The notes under the pieces were generated by a model. The model worked only from the letters and a program-made list of their open reading frames with translations. It ran no database searches and was not told the DNA's origin. Positions 30,591 to 40,729 of a DNA stretch of 64,000 nt are shown one piece after another; the first letter of the stretch is position 1, and every line of letters starts with the position of its first letter. Source of the DNA: Planctomycetota bacterium (GTDB taxonomy: Bacteria; Planctomycetota; UBA8108; SXIK01); contig CBDCXR010000004.1 in NCBI GenBank assembly GCA_965223845.1, positions 1,920,001 to 1,984,000 on the forward strand, in the 5' to 3' direction. A program made the position numbers and the translations under genes.

Positions 30591-31251
30591 ATGGACCCGA
30601 TCGTAGAAGAACTGGATTCGATCCTCGGCGCTCTCGCAAAACTGTACGCGGAGCAAGCCAATCCTCTCGTTGTCGCGATACTTGCGGAGTCTCAAGCCTC
30701 CATCGAGGAATCAGCGTACGACAATTGGGATGGCGGTCAAACCTACTATCAGGTGCTTCTGGACCTTCCTCCATCCCTGTACGCCAAACTGACGGATGCG
30801 GACAGGGAGCGAATCGAGAAGGACTTGGTCGAGACAACAGGACCAATCGTACGCCGCTACGGGAACCAACATGTCTCGGGGTTCGTACTCTCCACGAAGT
30901 TGAATGTCGATCCAGGCTGGCGCGGCAAGGCGACGGCATGGACTCGGGGCGAGGGCGTTACGAATCAAGGTCGAGTACGTTCGGACAACGTAGCCGCGAA
31001 GAGTTGTGACGGCCTGCTGTTCGCCCGACTTCGTGATCATCAAGGACGGGGTCGTCCTTCAGGTCGAAGTCGATGGCGACACAGTGCACAGCGAGACTCC
31101 CGTCGAAGCGCACAATCGCACGACACTCCTCTCTCATGAAGGTGTCCTCGTGGAGCGTGTGAGGGCGTCAGAGTGCGCGGATTTCGAGAAGGCCGAGCTG
31201 TGCGCGCAACGACTGCTCCAGATTCTGGAGAAACACAAGAAGAACCGATGA
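30591..31251 (+). pseudogene. Abi/TIR-type N-terminal domain fused to Vsr/PD-(D/E)xK-like nuclease, frameshifted near 31023
   Basis: YDNWDGG N-domain in one frame up to DGLLF; PDFVIIKDG..VEVDG..H continues in another frame. Confidence 0.7.
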
Positions 31252-31832
31252 ATTCGAGGCCGATTGGCGCGTTTTCAAATCAATCAAGAACGCGCCGTAT
31301 CCCGTGGACGGCTACGCCCCCGCGTCGTCTTCGAGAAGAAACCAACGCAACCGATTGATTGCTTCGACCTTCTTCTCCCAGAGGCGACCGTCCAACTCGA
31401 CAGTCTTTCACAGCGTGTCCCCGAAACGAACGAGGGAAACTGTACGACGCGGCGGTCGTCAGCTCCGTGAACGCTCCGGCAACCGTGGTGAAAAGATTAG
31501 CTCCCATTTGTGGAAAGTGGTTCCCCGAGGGTGGGACCCAGCACCGCCCCACACATTTTTGGCAGGTTTCCGAAACTTAACCGTCAAGGAAAACTCTCCG
31601 AACGACGCCGCCGTTTCGCGCAAGGTCAAAGTCCTCAAGCGCCGGGTTCGGCGCTACTTCTTTGACTGAGGCGACTCCAATGCTCGCGTCAGTTCGACGG
31701 GCGTCCGCTCTCAAAGGGCACCGACCGTCGCGAGCCTGGACCGGTAAGGGTAGATCTTGGTATCCTCACCGGCGGAGCGTGTCCGAGATTGCGCGTCGTT
31801 TTCGACCGCTGAACGTTTGGAGGGCAGCGAAA

Positions 31833-32120
31833 ATGCTTGATGAAGCTGGTGGCTCGCGGGGGGCGTTCGACTTCTCACCTGACGCGTCCTCAAAGGAGAA
31901 CATTGACAACTTCTTGGCTCACCTTGAGACCGTCGATGCCGAATTCGCGCGACTACTCAAAAGGAACATCGGGGAACTGCTCCCGCTTCCAGAGCAGAGT
32001 GGAGCTAGGACGAGAGCACGCAAAGCGTTCAATGCGAAAGTGCTCGAATTCCTCGACAGCCAGGAGTTTTCTGCGTCCGTGGACAGCATGCCGGGTCGCG
32101 AGGAGTCGGAGCGCCCATGA
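31833..32120 (+). CDS. Small helical protein coupled to the ATPase gene
   Basis: GGAGG RBS at 31819; 95 aa; ATGA overlap with 32117. Confidence 0.75.
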   Translation: MLDEAGGSRGAFDFSPDASSKENIDNFLAHLETVDAEFARLLKRNIGELLPLPEQSGARTRARKAFNAKVLEFLDSQEFSASVDSMPGREESERP

Positions 32121-34621
32121 CTCGGTACTTTCTGAGTCGTGTTCAGGTCGAAGGGTTTCGCGGGATCAACAACTCTGGCGCGCCCCTCGATCTCAAGTTG
32201 AAACCCGACAGGATAAACTCTGTTTTTGCACCCAATGGGCTCGGAAAGAGTTCGGTCTTTGAAGCGCTCTGTTACTGCATACAGGGTACGATACCGAAAC
32301 TTGCCAACCTGCCGAAGGGCGAAAAGCCTGACGATTACTATTGCAATCGATTCCATGACAGCGGTCAGGCGGTAGTCACGTTAACTCTGACTCCGACTGA
32401 CGGATCAGAGGGCGTCGAGATCCGAGTCGAGCGTTCGTCCAAAGGGGCTCGATCCGTGACCAGTCCGAGCGGCTATGTCGATCCTGACGGTCTGCTCGAA
32501 GAGCTTAACACTGAACTTGCCCTGTTGGACCATCGGACGTTCCTAAGGTTCGTGGAAGATACGCCCTTGAGGCGCGGGCGTGCACTCTCAGCCCTCCTCG
32601 GGCTTGCTGCGATCTCTGAATTCCGTCAAGCCCTGGAGACCCTGGCTCATGCAGGCAACCTGAATGCGGACCTGGAGACGAGCGTTGTCAGAGAGCGACT
32701 GGACGGGCTGAGCGACCAGGTTGGTGAGAACGAAAACGAGATCCGGTCGGCTTGCGAGTCGCTTCTCGGACCAGAAGCGGCGGGCACAATCGACGAAGAG
32801 GATATCTCCAAACGCGCAGGGGATGCTCTGTCCAAGGTTGAGCTGTTGAAGGGGTTCTTTGAGTCTACGGCATTCCAAAATGTAGACTTCGAGAGCGTGA
32901 AGGCGGCCATAAAGGACGAAGAAACCGGCGAAAAGCGTGCGAGACTTGCTGCCGTTATAGGCGCACAGAGCGATCTCAATCGCCTCGCGCCTGGAGAGGA
33001 AAGTAATGACGACCAACGGAAGCTCGTGCACCGGGTTGAGCAACGCATCGAAGCTTTACAGTCTACTTCGGGTCTTCTACTGCACGCGTTGTACGAGGCT
33101 CTTGACGCCGTATTCGCTTCGGATGAGTGGGACGACCCGACGAAGTGTCCCACCTGTGACTCTAGTCAGGAGCAACCTCTTGACGAGATAAACCGGGAAC
33201 GACTGAAAGAGTACGCGAAGGTTGTGGGTTTTGAGAGAGATATCCAGGAGCTGTGGACGACTTCCCAGTGGGTGAAGACGACCAAGAGGCTGGAAGAGTC
33301 GTCGCATCTAGGAATCGAGACGGATGCGCGAAAACTGACTCAGCTCGACAGTGTGTTTCGCAGCGGACAGCCGACAAGCGACGATGTCCAGAAGGCGATT
33401 GCGCAAGCCAAGCAAATCGAGGGCTTGCGCAAAAAAAAGGTACAGGAGTTTTCTGCCGAGAGGGCTCGACTGGAAGGAGAGTTGCCGCCTTCGTTGGTGC
33501 AGTTGACCCAGCAAGTGCAGTGTGCGCAGGCACTTCAGCACTCGCTTCGTGTACGCAAGAAGAACGCTGAAATCGCAGAAAAGCTCAAAGAAAGACTACA
33601 CGCTCGCGATCGATGGGCGACGTTCGTAGAGCGGGCAAAGCAAACGTTCTCCGATGCTGAAGTTCGCTTGTCAACTGCGATGACCTCGAAGATCGAGAAG
33701 CAGTACAGGGAGTTCTACGGGCAGATCACCTGCAATCCCGATGTGGAACCGTGTCTGCGGAAGGCGACCGGCTCCGAGGAACTTCATTTACGTCTTGCCA
33801 AATTCTACGGACTCGAAGACTTGTCGGCAGCCACGCTGTTGTCTGAGAGCTATCGAAACGCCCTCGCCCTGGCGATTTACCTGAGTGCCGCTTTGAGGGT
33901 TTCATCCCCGGCTCGATTCATGGTTCTGGATGACGTGACATCCAGCTTCGATGCTGGTCACCAGTGGTACCTGATGGAACTGCTGCGGACCGCAGTCGGT
34001 CTTCCTGGCAATAAGGACGGACCCCAGATTGTGCTGCTGAGTCATGATGGCTTGCTGGAAAAATATTTTGACACGATGTCTAGCGAGGCAGATTGGCACC
34101 ATCAGAAGCTACAGGGGCTGCCGCCGATTGGCTCCGTATCCAGCCACGCTCAGGGGGAGAATCGCCTCCGAGAGAGTGCGACCCGGTTTCTCGACGCTGG
34201 GCAGATTGCGCAGGGGGAACCGTTGGTAAGACAGTACCTGGAGTATCGGCTTCTCGAAGTGATACGTTCGCTGAGCATTCCTGTTCCTCTAGATTTTTCG
34301 ATACGCGACCAGAAGAAGATGGTCAGGAACTGCCTCGATGCGATTCGAGACAACGTATCGCTTCACGAGAAGGCGGGTGTCCTGATAATGGATGGAACAC
34401 AACTCGGCGATATGACCGCTGTGCATCTTCCGGCGCTAATCGCCAACTGGGTCAGCCACTATGCGACTGGAGTTGCGACGAGTGTTACGCCGTACACGTA
34501 CAAGGGTGCGCTGGACGCAGTGGATCACTTCTGCGAGTGCTTCAAGTACGATTGCATCTGCGGTGGAGCGCCTCAGCGAAAGTTTTACAAGAATCTGAGC
34601 GCTAAGCGATGTGGATGCTAA
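32117..34621 (+). CDS. Rad50/SMC-like ABC ATPase with zinc hook and C-terminal HEPN-like domain (RloC-like)
   Basis: EGFRG, Walker A APNGLGKSS, coiled coil with CPTC, signature LSESYR, Walker B MVLDD, H-loop LSHD; RQYLE...NWVSH. Confidence 0.85.
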   Translation: MTRYFLSRVQVEGFRGINNSGAPLDLKLKPDRINSVFAPNGLGKSSVFEALCYCIQGTIPKLANLPKGEKPDDYYCNRFHDSGQAVVTLTLTPTDGSEGVEIRVERSSKGARSVTSPSGYVDPDGLLEELNTELALLDHRTFLRFVEDTPLRRGRALSALLGLAAISEFRQALETLAHAGNLNADLETSVVRERLDGLSDQVGENENEIRSACESLLGPEAAGTIDEEDISKRAGDALSKVELLKGFFESTAFQNVDFESVKAAIKDEETGEKRARLAAVIGAQSDLNRLAPGEESNDDQRKLVHRVEQRIEALQSTSGLLLHALYEALDAVFASDEWDDPTKCPTCDSSQEQPLDEINRERLKEYAKVVGFERDIQELWTTSQWVKTTKRLEESSHLGIETDARKLTQLDSVFRSGQPTSDDVQKAIAQAKQIEGLRKKKVQEFSAERARLEGELPPSLVQLTQQVQCAQALQHSLRVRKKNAEIAEKLKERLHARDRWATFVERAKQTFSDAEVRLSTAMTSKIEKQYREFYGQITCNPDVEPCLRKATGSEELHLRLAKFYGLEDLSAATLLSESYRNALALAIYLSAALRVSSPARFMVLDDVTSSFDAGHQWYLMELLRTAVGLPGNKDGPQIVLLSHDGLLEKYFDTMSSEADWHHQKLQGLPPIGSVSSHAQGENRLRESATRFLDAGQIAQGEPLVRQYLEYRLLEVIRSLSIPVPLDFSIRDQKKMVRNCLDAIRDNVSLHEKAGVLIMDGTQLGDMTAVHLPALIANWVSHYATGVATSVTPYTYKGALDAVDHFCECFKYDCICGGAPQRKFYKNLSAKRCGC

Positions 34622-34792
34622 AACGACCCGGTTGTATGCAATCGTTCTCCGCGCGCCGTCGTTTCTTGTCCCAAGCCGATCGTCGAACCGGAGTAGGTCG
34701 ATACGAGATTTCCGTTGGTGAGGAAGGGGAGTCACTCAATCTAATGCAAAGAAACGCCGAAAACGGAAAAGGACATTCTTTCGTTTTCCGTC

Positions 34793-35557
34793 ATGACCTC
34801 ACAGGAAGCTCCTGATAATCCTGGCTCCCAACTCGCCGAACTTTTTGAGCAGTACACGAAGGAACGGTGGGAGCCGATCGCGCTTGACATGTGGTCCGAT
34901 ATCGTCCACAGCGCGTGGCACCTACTGGATATGTTGGAGGCCGTGCATAGCTCAGGAGCCGACTGTGGTTTCCTCGTAGAAGCTGCGCGCGGCTTGCTGC
35001 GGCACTTTAACTACCCTGGCGCACGACTTCATCTCGAACGTGTGCGGAGTTCTTTGGAGACGATCTTCGGAGCGGGCGCTTGTACCCACATCGTGAGCGG
35101 AAACGTAGACGCTTTCGAGCAATGTTACAAGCGATGGTACAACGAAGAGCGTGCTCAGCATGACGAGGCGCTGAAACATTTCACCGAGGGCGTCAAACTG
35201 GCGGACGAAAGACAGCGACTGGAAGATCAGAAGCGCAAGGACGCCCTCCAACAACTTCGGGATCAGGCTGGCTCGCGACTGCGAAACCTACGCACAGATC
35301 CGGTTCCTGGTGGTCCGCAGACTAATAGTCCCTGCCTTGAAAAGGGCTCCTCTAATTCGACAATGGATCGACGACCGAGGAAGAAGCGAGGGCGCCCCCC
35401 CACCTCGCTCGATAAGGACCGACGGATTGCCGAGGCGTGGGACACCGGGAGGTATCGCACCGAAGAGCAACTGGCAATCGAGTTGGGCTTGACGACCAAG
35501 GACGTGCACGACGCACGCGAGCGGGTTCGGAAGCGACGGAAAAATTCGTCGGAATAA
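34793..35557 (+). CDS. Hypothetical protein with C-terminal RGRP/HTH DNA-binding region
   Basis: KKRGRPP...QLAIELGLT..DV; lies just upstream of the xis/int module. Confidence 0.65.
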   Translation: MTSQEAPDNPGSQLAELFEQYTKERWEPIALDMWSDIVHSAWHLLDMLEAVHSSGADCGFLVEAARGLLRHFNYPGARLHLERVRSSLETIFGAGACTHIVSGNVDAFEQCYKRWYNEERAQHDEALKHFTEGVKLADERQRLEDQKRKDALQQLRDQAGSRLRNLRTDPVPGGPQTNSPCLEKGSSNSTMDRRPRKKRGRPPTSLDKDRRIAEAWDTGRYRTEEQLAIELGLTTKDVHDARERVRKRRKNSSE

Positions 35558-35783
35558 TCCTCCGCTGAATGTGTCAAGTCCCGTTTTGCGACTCTCTCTC
35601 TGTGCTAGCGTTCTGCAAGGTCTTCTGGTCCGTAGTGTTCGGCGGTCGGGTACCCGGAGGAAACTACGCCTGAATTATTCCGTTCCGAAGTAGCGGTGAG
35701 AATCGGTGGTGTCGAACGCAAGCCACCGGTCGTAAAGGCTCCGATCGCACTTTCGCAGCTACTTCACGGAGATATCCAATCCA

Positions 35784-36050
35784 ATGCAAGAGCCCCGCTT
35801 GGTCATCACTCAACTCGCCGAACAACCTTCCGACGCACTGCTGAATCTTCGAGCACTCGCGGACGCACTGTGCGTTTCGCCGCGAACGATCCGGCGAATG
35901 ATCAGCCGCTGCGAGATTCCGGCTGGGATCAAACTCGGCGGAAGAACGTTTTGGAAGGCTGGCAGAGTCCTCAAATACATCGACGAGCGAGCTGCGAGTG
36001 CTGCCCGAGAGTCGGAAAGTCTGTCCAGAAAGCTTGACGGACTGAAGTGA
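35784..36050 (+). CDS. AlpA/excisionase-like HTH protein
   Basis: LLNLRALADALCVSPRTIRRMI...IP..IKLGG...W; adjacent to the integrase. Confidence 0.85.
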   Translation: MQEPRLVITQLAEQPSDALLNLRALADALCVSPRTIRRMISRCEIPAGIKLGGRTFWKAGRVLKYIDERAASAARESESLSRKLDGLK

Positions 36051-36162
36051 GACCCCTCGCCAATATTTCGCGTCAACTTGACACTTGACACGTCTCACGG
36101 TCAGAAAGAGACGAACTCCAACCTGCTTCGAGTAGCATCCATCTGCGAAGGAGATCACCCCA

Positions 36163-37530
36163 ATGCCCTACCTGTACCGAACCACCGACAAGAACGGAAA
36201 ACCTCATCCCCGCTGGCGCTTTCAGTATCGCGACTGGCAAGGTCGAAAGCGCAAGGAAACCGGCACAACGTCAAGAGCAGAGACCGAGAGAATCGCCGCG
36301 AAGATCGAAGCGAAACACGCCGCGATCCGAAACGGACACCTTCCTCGCCCCAAGCCGAAAGACCGTCCGTTCGACGAAGCTTCCACCGCCTATTTCGCTT
36401 GGGGTGAGACCCAGGGAGGACGACACGGTAGACCGTGGGCTCCCGAACACACCCGCAAGAGAAGGAGTCAGCTTTCTTGGTGGAAAGAGCGCTTGGAGCT
36501 GCGGTACGTCTCCGATCTTGATGGTTCGCTCACCTCCGTGGAGGACGCCCTACACGACCTGATGGAAGGCGGCTCCGCCGGAAAGACGCTCTCGAACTAC
36601 GCTGAGACGATCGCTGCTTTCTGTGTCTGGTGCGTCGAAAGGCAACTCCTCTCAGAGAACCCTCTGGCAAACCTTGCACCGATCGACGCCACGCCAAAGG
36701 AGGGTCGCAGGGCTCTGACCCGCGAAGAGATCCAGCGCCTACTGGCGGTCGCTCCTCCGGCGCGTCGTCTGCTCTTGGAGGTCGCGTTTTGTACCGGTCT
36801 CAGGGCGAACGAGCTGCGTCAGCTTCAGGTTCAGCACCTCGACGTTGAACGGTCCGGGCTTCGCCTCGACGCGGCATGGACAAAAAACCGGAAGGAAGGG
36901 TTTCAGCCGCTATCCCGGAAGCTCGTGGAGCGACTTCGCGCAGAATCAGCCGACAAAGGGCCGGACGACCCGTTGCTCTACGTCCCCAGCCATCCAGCCC
37001 GCGAGCTGGACGTGGATCTCGCCAGAGCTGGCATCGAGAAGCGTACCACGGCCGGTAAGATCGATTTCCACGCCTGTCGGGTCGCCTACACGACGCTGGT
37101 GGTGAACGCCGGCGCAAACGTCAAGGAGGCGCAGTCGCTTCTTCGGCACTCGGACCCGCGAATCACCATGAAGACCTACGCCAGGACCCAGGACGTTCGG
37201 CTGGCCCGAGTGGCCGAGAGCGTCGGACGGATGGTCCTCGGCGGCGACGGCGAGACGGACGACATCACGGACGATGAAGGTCAGGGTGACCCTGATCCCG
37301 GTCAAGTCGGTGCCCCCATATTGCCCCCACAGCCTTTCTCGCCCCCCAACACAAAAGTCCCAACCGAATCTGCGGCTGGGACTTCCGTCGATCATGAATT
37401 GGTGGAGGCGGGGGGAATCGAACCCCCGTCCCGAGACTATTCCGCGCAGGCTTCTACAGGAATAGTCCTTCGTTTGAGTCTCGTCTCTCCGGCTCCGAAG
37501 GACAGGATCCGTCGAGACCAGCCTCGATAG
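36163..37530 (+). CDS. int: Tyrosine recombinase/integrase
   Basis: AGGAG RBS; TGLRANEL, TKN, DFHACR, LRHSDPRITMKTY. The ORF runs antisense into the tmRNA 3' end. Confidence 0.95.
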   Translation: MPYLYRTTDKNGKPHPRWRFQYRDWQGRKRKETGTTSRAETERIAAKIEAKHAAIRNGHLPRPKPKDRPFDEASTAYFAWGETQGGRHGRPWAPEHTRKRRSQLSWWKERLELRYVSDLDGSLTSVEDALHDLMEGGSAGKTLSNYAETIAAFCVWCVERQLLSENPLANLAPIDATPKEGRRALTREEIQRLLAVAPPARRLLLEVAFCTGLRANELRQLQVQHLDVERSGLRLDAAWTKNRKEGFQPLSRKLVERLRAESADKGPDDPLLYVPSHPARELDVDLARAGIEKRTTAGKIDFHACRVAYTTLVVNAGANVKEAQSLLRHSDPRITMKTYARTQDVRLARVAESVGRMVLGGDGETDDITDDEGQGDPDPGQVGAPILPPQPFSPPNTKVPTESAAGTSVDHELVEAGGIEPPSRDYSAQASTGIVLRLSLVSPAPKDRIRRDQPR

Positions 37531-37756
37531 GGTTTCGCGCCGTCGCCCCGAGGCCTGGCTCGGGCGCTATCCCTCTATGGGTGACCTTCGGTCCGGCTTC
37601 TCGAGGGAGCAGAAACCGGTGAAGGGGCTACTTAATTAAGCAGCCAGAGCGTAGTTGGAGTTGCCAACTAAGGTTTCCCAGGGGTTTTATGAGGCCTCCT
37701 GGAACCTCATCCTGCCACCTGCACTTCCTGAGTCCGGTCGAATCCAGATCGCCCCC
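37400..37756 (-). ncRNA. ssrA: tmRNA; tag reading frame GNSNYALAA* at 37665-37636
   Basis: 5' GGGGGCGATCTGGATTCGAC, 3' GGTTCGATTCCCCCCGCCTCCACCA with G3-U wobble; UAGUU before the resume codon; 357 nt. Confidence 0.97.
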
Positions 37757-38398
37757 GAGGAAGTCGGTCTGCGCTCTTTGAACATACCAGGATCGCCGCT
37801 CGGCGTCACTCTCGCTCGGGTTTGAATTCGGATGCCGGCGCTCGCGTGCTCTGATCTCGAGAATCGAATCCGATCGAGATCTCGAAGATCGAATCGGATC
37901 GAGAGGTAGTCCCTGGTTGAGGCAGCGGGCGTCATGCGGTCTTCTCGACGGCGATGCCGAAACAGTTTCGGTCGCCACGCTCGGTTCCGTGCGCGGACGT
38001 TTTCAGTTCCTTCGTCATCAGAAGCGCCAAAACGACGACGATGTTCTCCCGTCTGTAGACCGATCGATCTGCCGATCGACCCGCGTCCGCCGGCGGCGTA
38101 GATATGGCGACCGCGCGTAGGGTGCGACGGGAGCCGGGCGGCCCGGCCGGCTCCCGCCGATCCCGCCCCCGCCGACCCTCGATAAACCGCGTGGCTTCTC
38201 GAGCAGTCGAGCCTCGCACCCGCCGACCACTTCCCGGGCGGGCTTCGCGGGTCCTCCGAGGTCGGCGATTCGCCCGCTCGCGTAAGCCCGTCCGCCCGCA
38301 ACTCCTCGCCCGCCGCGGGGTTTCACTCGAAACAACCCGGACCGCGACCGCGGTCGTGACGGCCCGGGTGGATCGGTACGACCCATACACACGGAACC

Positions 38399-39286
38399 GT
38401 GATGAATCGAACGCTTCTCGGCGCTCTTCTAGGAGCCGTTCTCGTCGCTGCGCTGGGTTTGCTCGCGGTCGCGGGGGCGTCGCTCTCGTCGACCGAGCGT
38501 GACGCGGCTTCGGAAAACGCGGCCTACGAAATCTCCCAGCTCCGGGAAGAGGTCGACGCGCTTCGCGGCGCCATCGACGAACTGGCAGAAGTCGCCCGCG
38601 AATCTCAGACGTCGCAGCAGAATCTCCTCGATCGCCTCACGCCCGTCTCGACAGTCTCGGCGGCTACCGGCGCGACTCCGACGAGCTCGACCGCCATGAG
38701 CAAAGCCGACCTAAAGGAGTTTGTCGCGGTCATTCTCGACCAGCAACGCGAGCTGCGCGACGAAGCAAGGGAGGAGCAGCGCGACGAGTTTCGCCGCCGC
38801 ATCGAAGAACGTCAGCAAGAACTCGAGGCGATGAAAGAGGGTCCGTACGACCGCTTCAACCTCAAGGTCAACTCTCTCGGAAAAGTTCTCGGACTCGAGG
38901 AGAGTCAGAAGTCGGCATACTACGAACTCGCGCTCGCTTACAACGCCAAGCTCAAGGACAAAACGTCGGAAGTCTCCGCCGCGAATGAAGCGAGCGAGAC
39001 CGACTCCGATCGTTCCGGCGACGAGTCGCGCCGGGACCGCCGTCGCGGTCGTGACTCGTACCGCCGAGCGTCCGCGGAACTCCAAGAAGAGTTCGCCGCG
39101 GAAGTCGCCGAGATCCTCACCGAGGACCAACGCGCGTCGTTCGACGAGCTCTCTCGCGACGCACGCAGTTTCGCCAGCCGCGAGGCGGTCAGTTCCTCGA
39201 GCGGACGGCGTCGCAGTTTCGGTTTCAGTGGCCGCTCGTCTCGCGGCGGACCGGGTGGAGGACGCGGAGGCGGACGTCGGCGCTAG
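38399..39286 (+). CDS. Exported coiled-coil protein with Arg/Gly-rich tail
   Basis: Hydrophobic N-terminus, heptad-like stretches, C-term RGGPGGGRGGGRRR. Confidence 0.75.
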   Translation: MMNRTLLGALLGAVLVAALGLLAVAGASLSSTERDAASENAAYEISQLREEVDALRGAIDELAEVARESQTSQQNLLDRLTPVSTVSAATGATPTSSTAMSKADLKEFVAVILDQQRELRDEAREEQRDEFRRRIEERQQELEAMKEGPYDRFNLKVNSLGKVLGLEESQKSAYYELALAYNAKLKDKTSEVSAANEASETDSDRSGDESRRDRRRGRDSYRRASAELQEEFAAEVAEILTEDQRASFDELSRDARSFASREAVSSSSGRRRSFGFSGRSSRGGPGGGRGGGRRR

Positions 39287-39503
39287 CCCAGAGCGAATCC
39301 GTCGGCGGGCGCATTCGCCGGCCATTCGCGGCGACCCTCGGGAGCGCCGCCAGCGTCACGACCGACTCGCTCGTCGGGCTCGCCGGGCATCTCCGATCAC
39401 CGACTAAGGATCGTAGTCTTACAATCCGCGAGCGCGGTTCCGACCCCAGCCGGGGAACGAAACGGAGACGCTCTTCCGTCGACGATCGAGAGTGGCTCGA
39501 CGG

Positions 39504-40712
39504 TCAGTCCGCCGTCTCCACTCCGCGCGACTGCGCGAGTCCCGCCGCGAATTGCAGCAGATCGCTCTGCTCCCGCGACACCTCGAGGAGAGGCGCGAAA
39601 TCCCCCTTTGCCGAACACAGATCGCTCAACGACGGCGCGATCGTCGTCTGCGGACCGGTCCCAGAGAGGTACTTTCGGTACGCAGCGATCGCCTTCTCGT
39701 ACTGCCCGGTTCGGTATAGCAGGTAGACGAGAACCTCGCCGGGGAAGTGGCGCCCCTCTTCGTCGACGTCGTGGCGATCGGCGGCCTGAGTGAAGTAGCG
39801 AACGGCGCCGTCGACTCCTTCACCCGCGAGCGCGCGTAAGTAGATGCGGTAGTCGTTGTAGAAATCCTCGAACGGCGGCTGATCCGGATGCTGAAAGTCT
39901 CGACCGAGCCGTCGCCCATACTCCGTGAGCTGGATTCCCTTCTCGACGAGAGCGCGATCCTTCATCGTCGCCGCGACGCGAACGACGGCCATCAAGTGGC
40001 TGACGTCGACGTGGTAGCCCATCCCCTCGAAGAGCCACGAGTTCTGTTCGACCAACGTACGCAGATCCGCGTCCTCCGGCGGCGCGTCGACTTCGTCGTT
40101 CGCCTCGCTCGTCGCGAGCACGTCCGAGCGCACGTTCTCGCTGAGGTCAGCGTACAGTCGCTCGATGAGAAGACGACCACACGCTTCACGCACCTCACCC
40201 TGGTAGGGGAACTGGTGCTCGAACACGGTGATCGCCCTGCACACGCCGTACTCCGAGAGGACGAGCTCGTACCCCCGCGCCGGCGCGGCACCTTCTGTGA
40301 GCGCGATCCCGACGATCTCGTCGAGCTTCGTGAGCGCGTCCTCATCCTCGGTGTCTCCGGGCGGGGCCCAATCGGCGATCGCGTCCGCAATCGGCCGCTT
40401 CTCGTCGATCGCCCGGTAGTACGGCCACGCGCCCGCGATATCGCCGTCGGCGAGGAAAAGCGCGCCCACCTCTCGGCACACCTCGACGTAGTACTTCTCG
40501 ACCTCGTCCTGGAGCTCCTCCGGGAGATCGTTGATCGAGTCCGTGCCCTGGAGAGGAAGTCCGAGTTCGTGCCGCTTCTTCATCAGTCGCGCCTCGAAGA
40601 GCTGCGGATACTTCTTCTCTTCGCGCAGGAGCTCGACAAGCCGATCGAATGCCGCCGGCATACCCTCGGCTTGAGCGCAGGTTTCGAGAATCTGGAACGG
40701 ATCGTTGGTCAT
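39504..40712 (-). CDS. Conserved helical hypothetical protein (resembles a PVM microcompartment-locus hypothetical)
   Basis: Start MTNDPF just after tctA; LFEARL.KKRHELGLP...REVG.LFL..GDI..AW.Y; family resemblance recalled from memory. Confidence 0.7.
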   Translation of the reverse strand: MTNDPFQILETCAQAEGMPAAFDRLVELLREEKKYPQLFEARLMKKRHELGLPLQGTDSINDLPEELQDEVEKYYVEVCREVGALFLADGDIAGAWPYYRAIDEKRPIADAIADWAPPGDTEDEDALTKLDEIVGIALTEGAAPARGYELVLSEYGVCRAITVFEHQFPYQGEVREACGRLLIERLYADLSENVRSDVLATSEANDEVDAPPEDADLRTLVEQNSWLFEGMGYHVDVSHLMAVVRVAATMKDRALVEKGIQLTEYGRRLGRDFQHPDQPPFEDFYNDYRIYLRALAGEGVDGAVRYFTQAADRHDVDEEGRHFPGEVLVYLLYRTGQYEKAIAAYRKYLSGTGPQTTIAPSLSDLCSAKGDFAPLLEVSREQSDLLQFAAGLAQSRGVETAD

Positions 40713-40729
40713 GGGAAACACGCCATTCG

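Larger units (their letters stand above)
30200..37400. mobile_element. Genomic island at the tmRNA 3' end (left boundary uncertain, may extend to about 11-15 kb)
   Basis: Int plus Xis abut the ssrA 3' end; sequence is visibly more A/T-rich than the flanks; defence-like cargo. No second att copy found. Confidence 0.7.

Noticed and set aside
31510-31560. tRNA-3'-like or att-like sequence TGGTTCCCCGAGGGTGGGACCC
   Set aside because: No TTCGA T-loop or cloverleaf, and no match to the tmRNA end; at most a relic.
1-36162. Second att site (duplicate of the tmRNA 3' end, TGGTGGAGGCGGGGGGA)
   Set aside because: No convincing copy found by eye, so the island's left boundary is left undefined.
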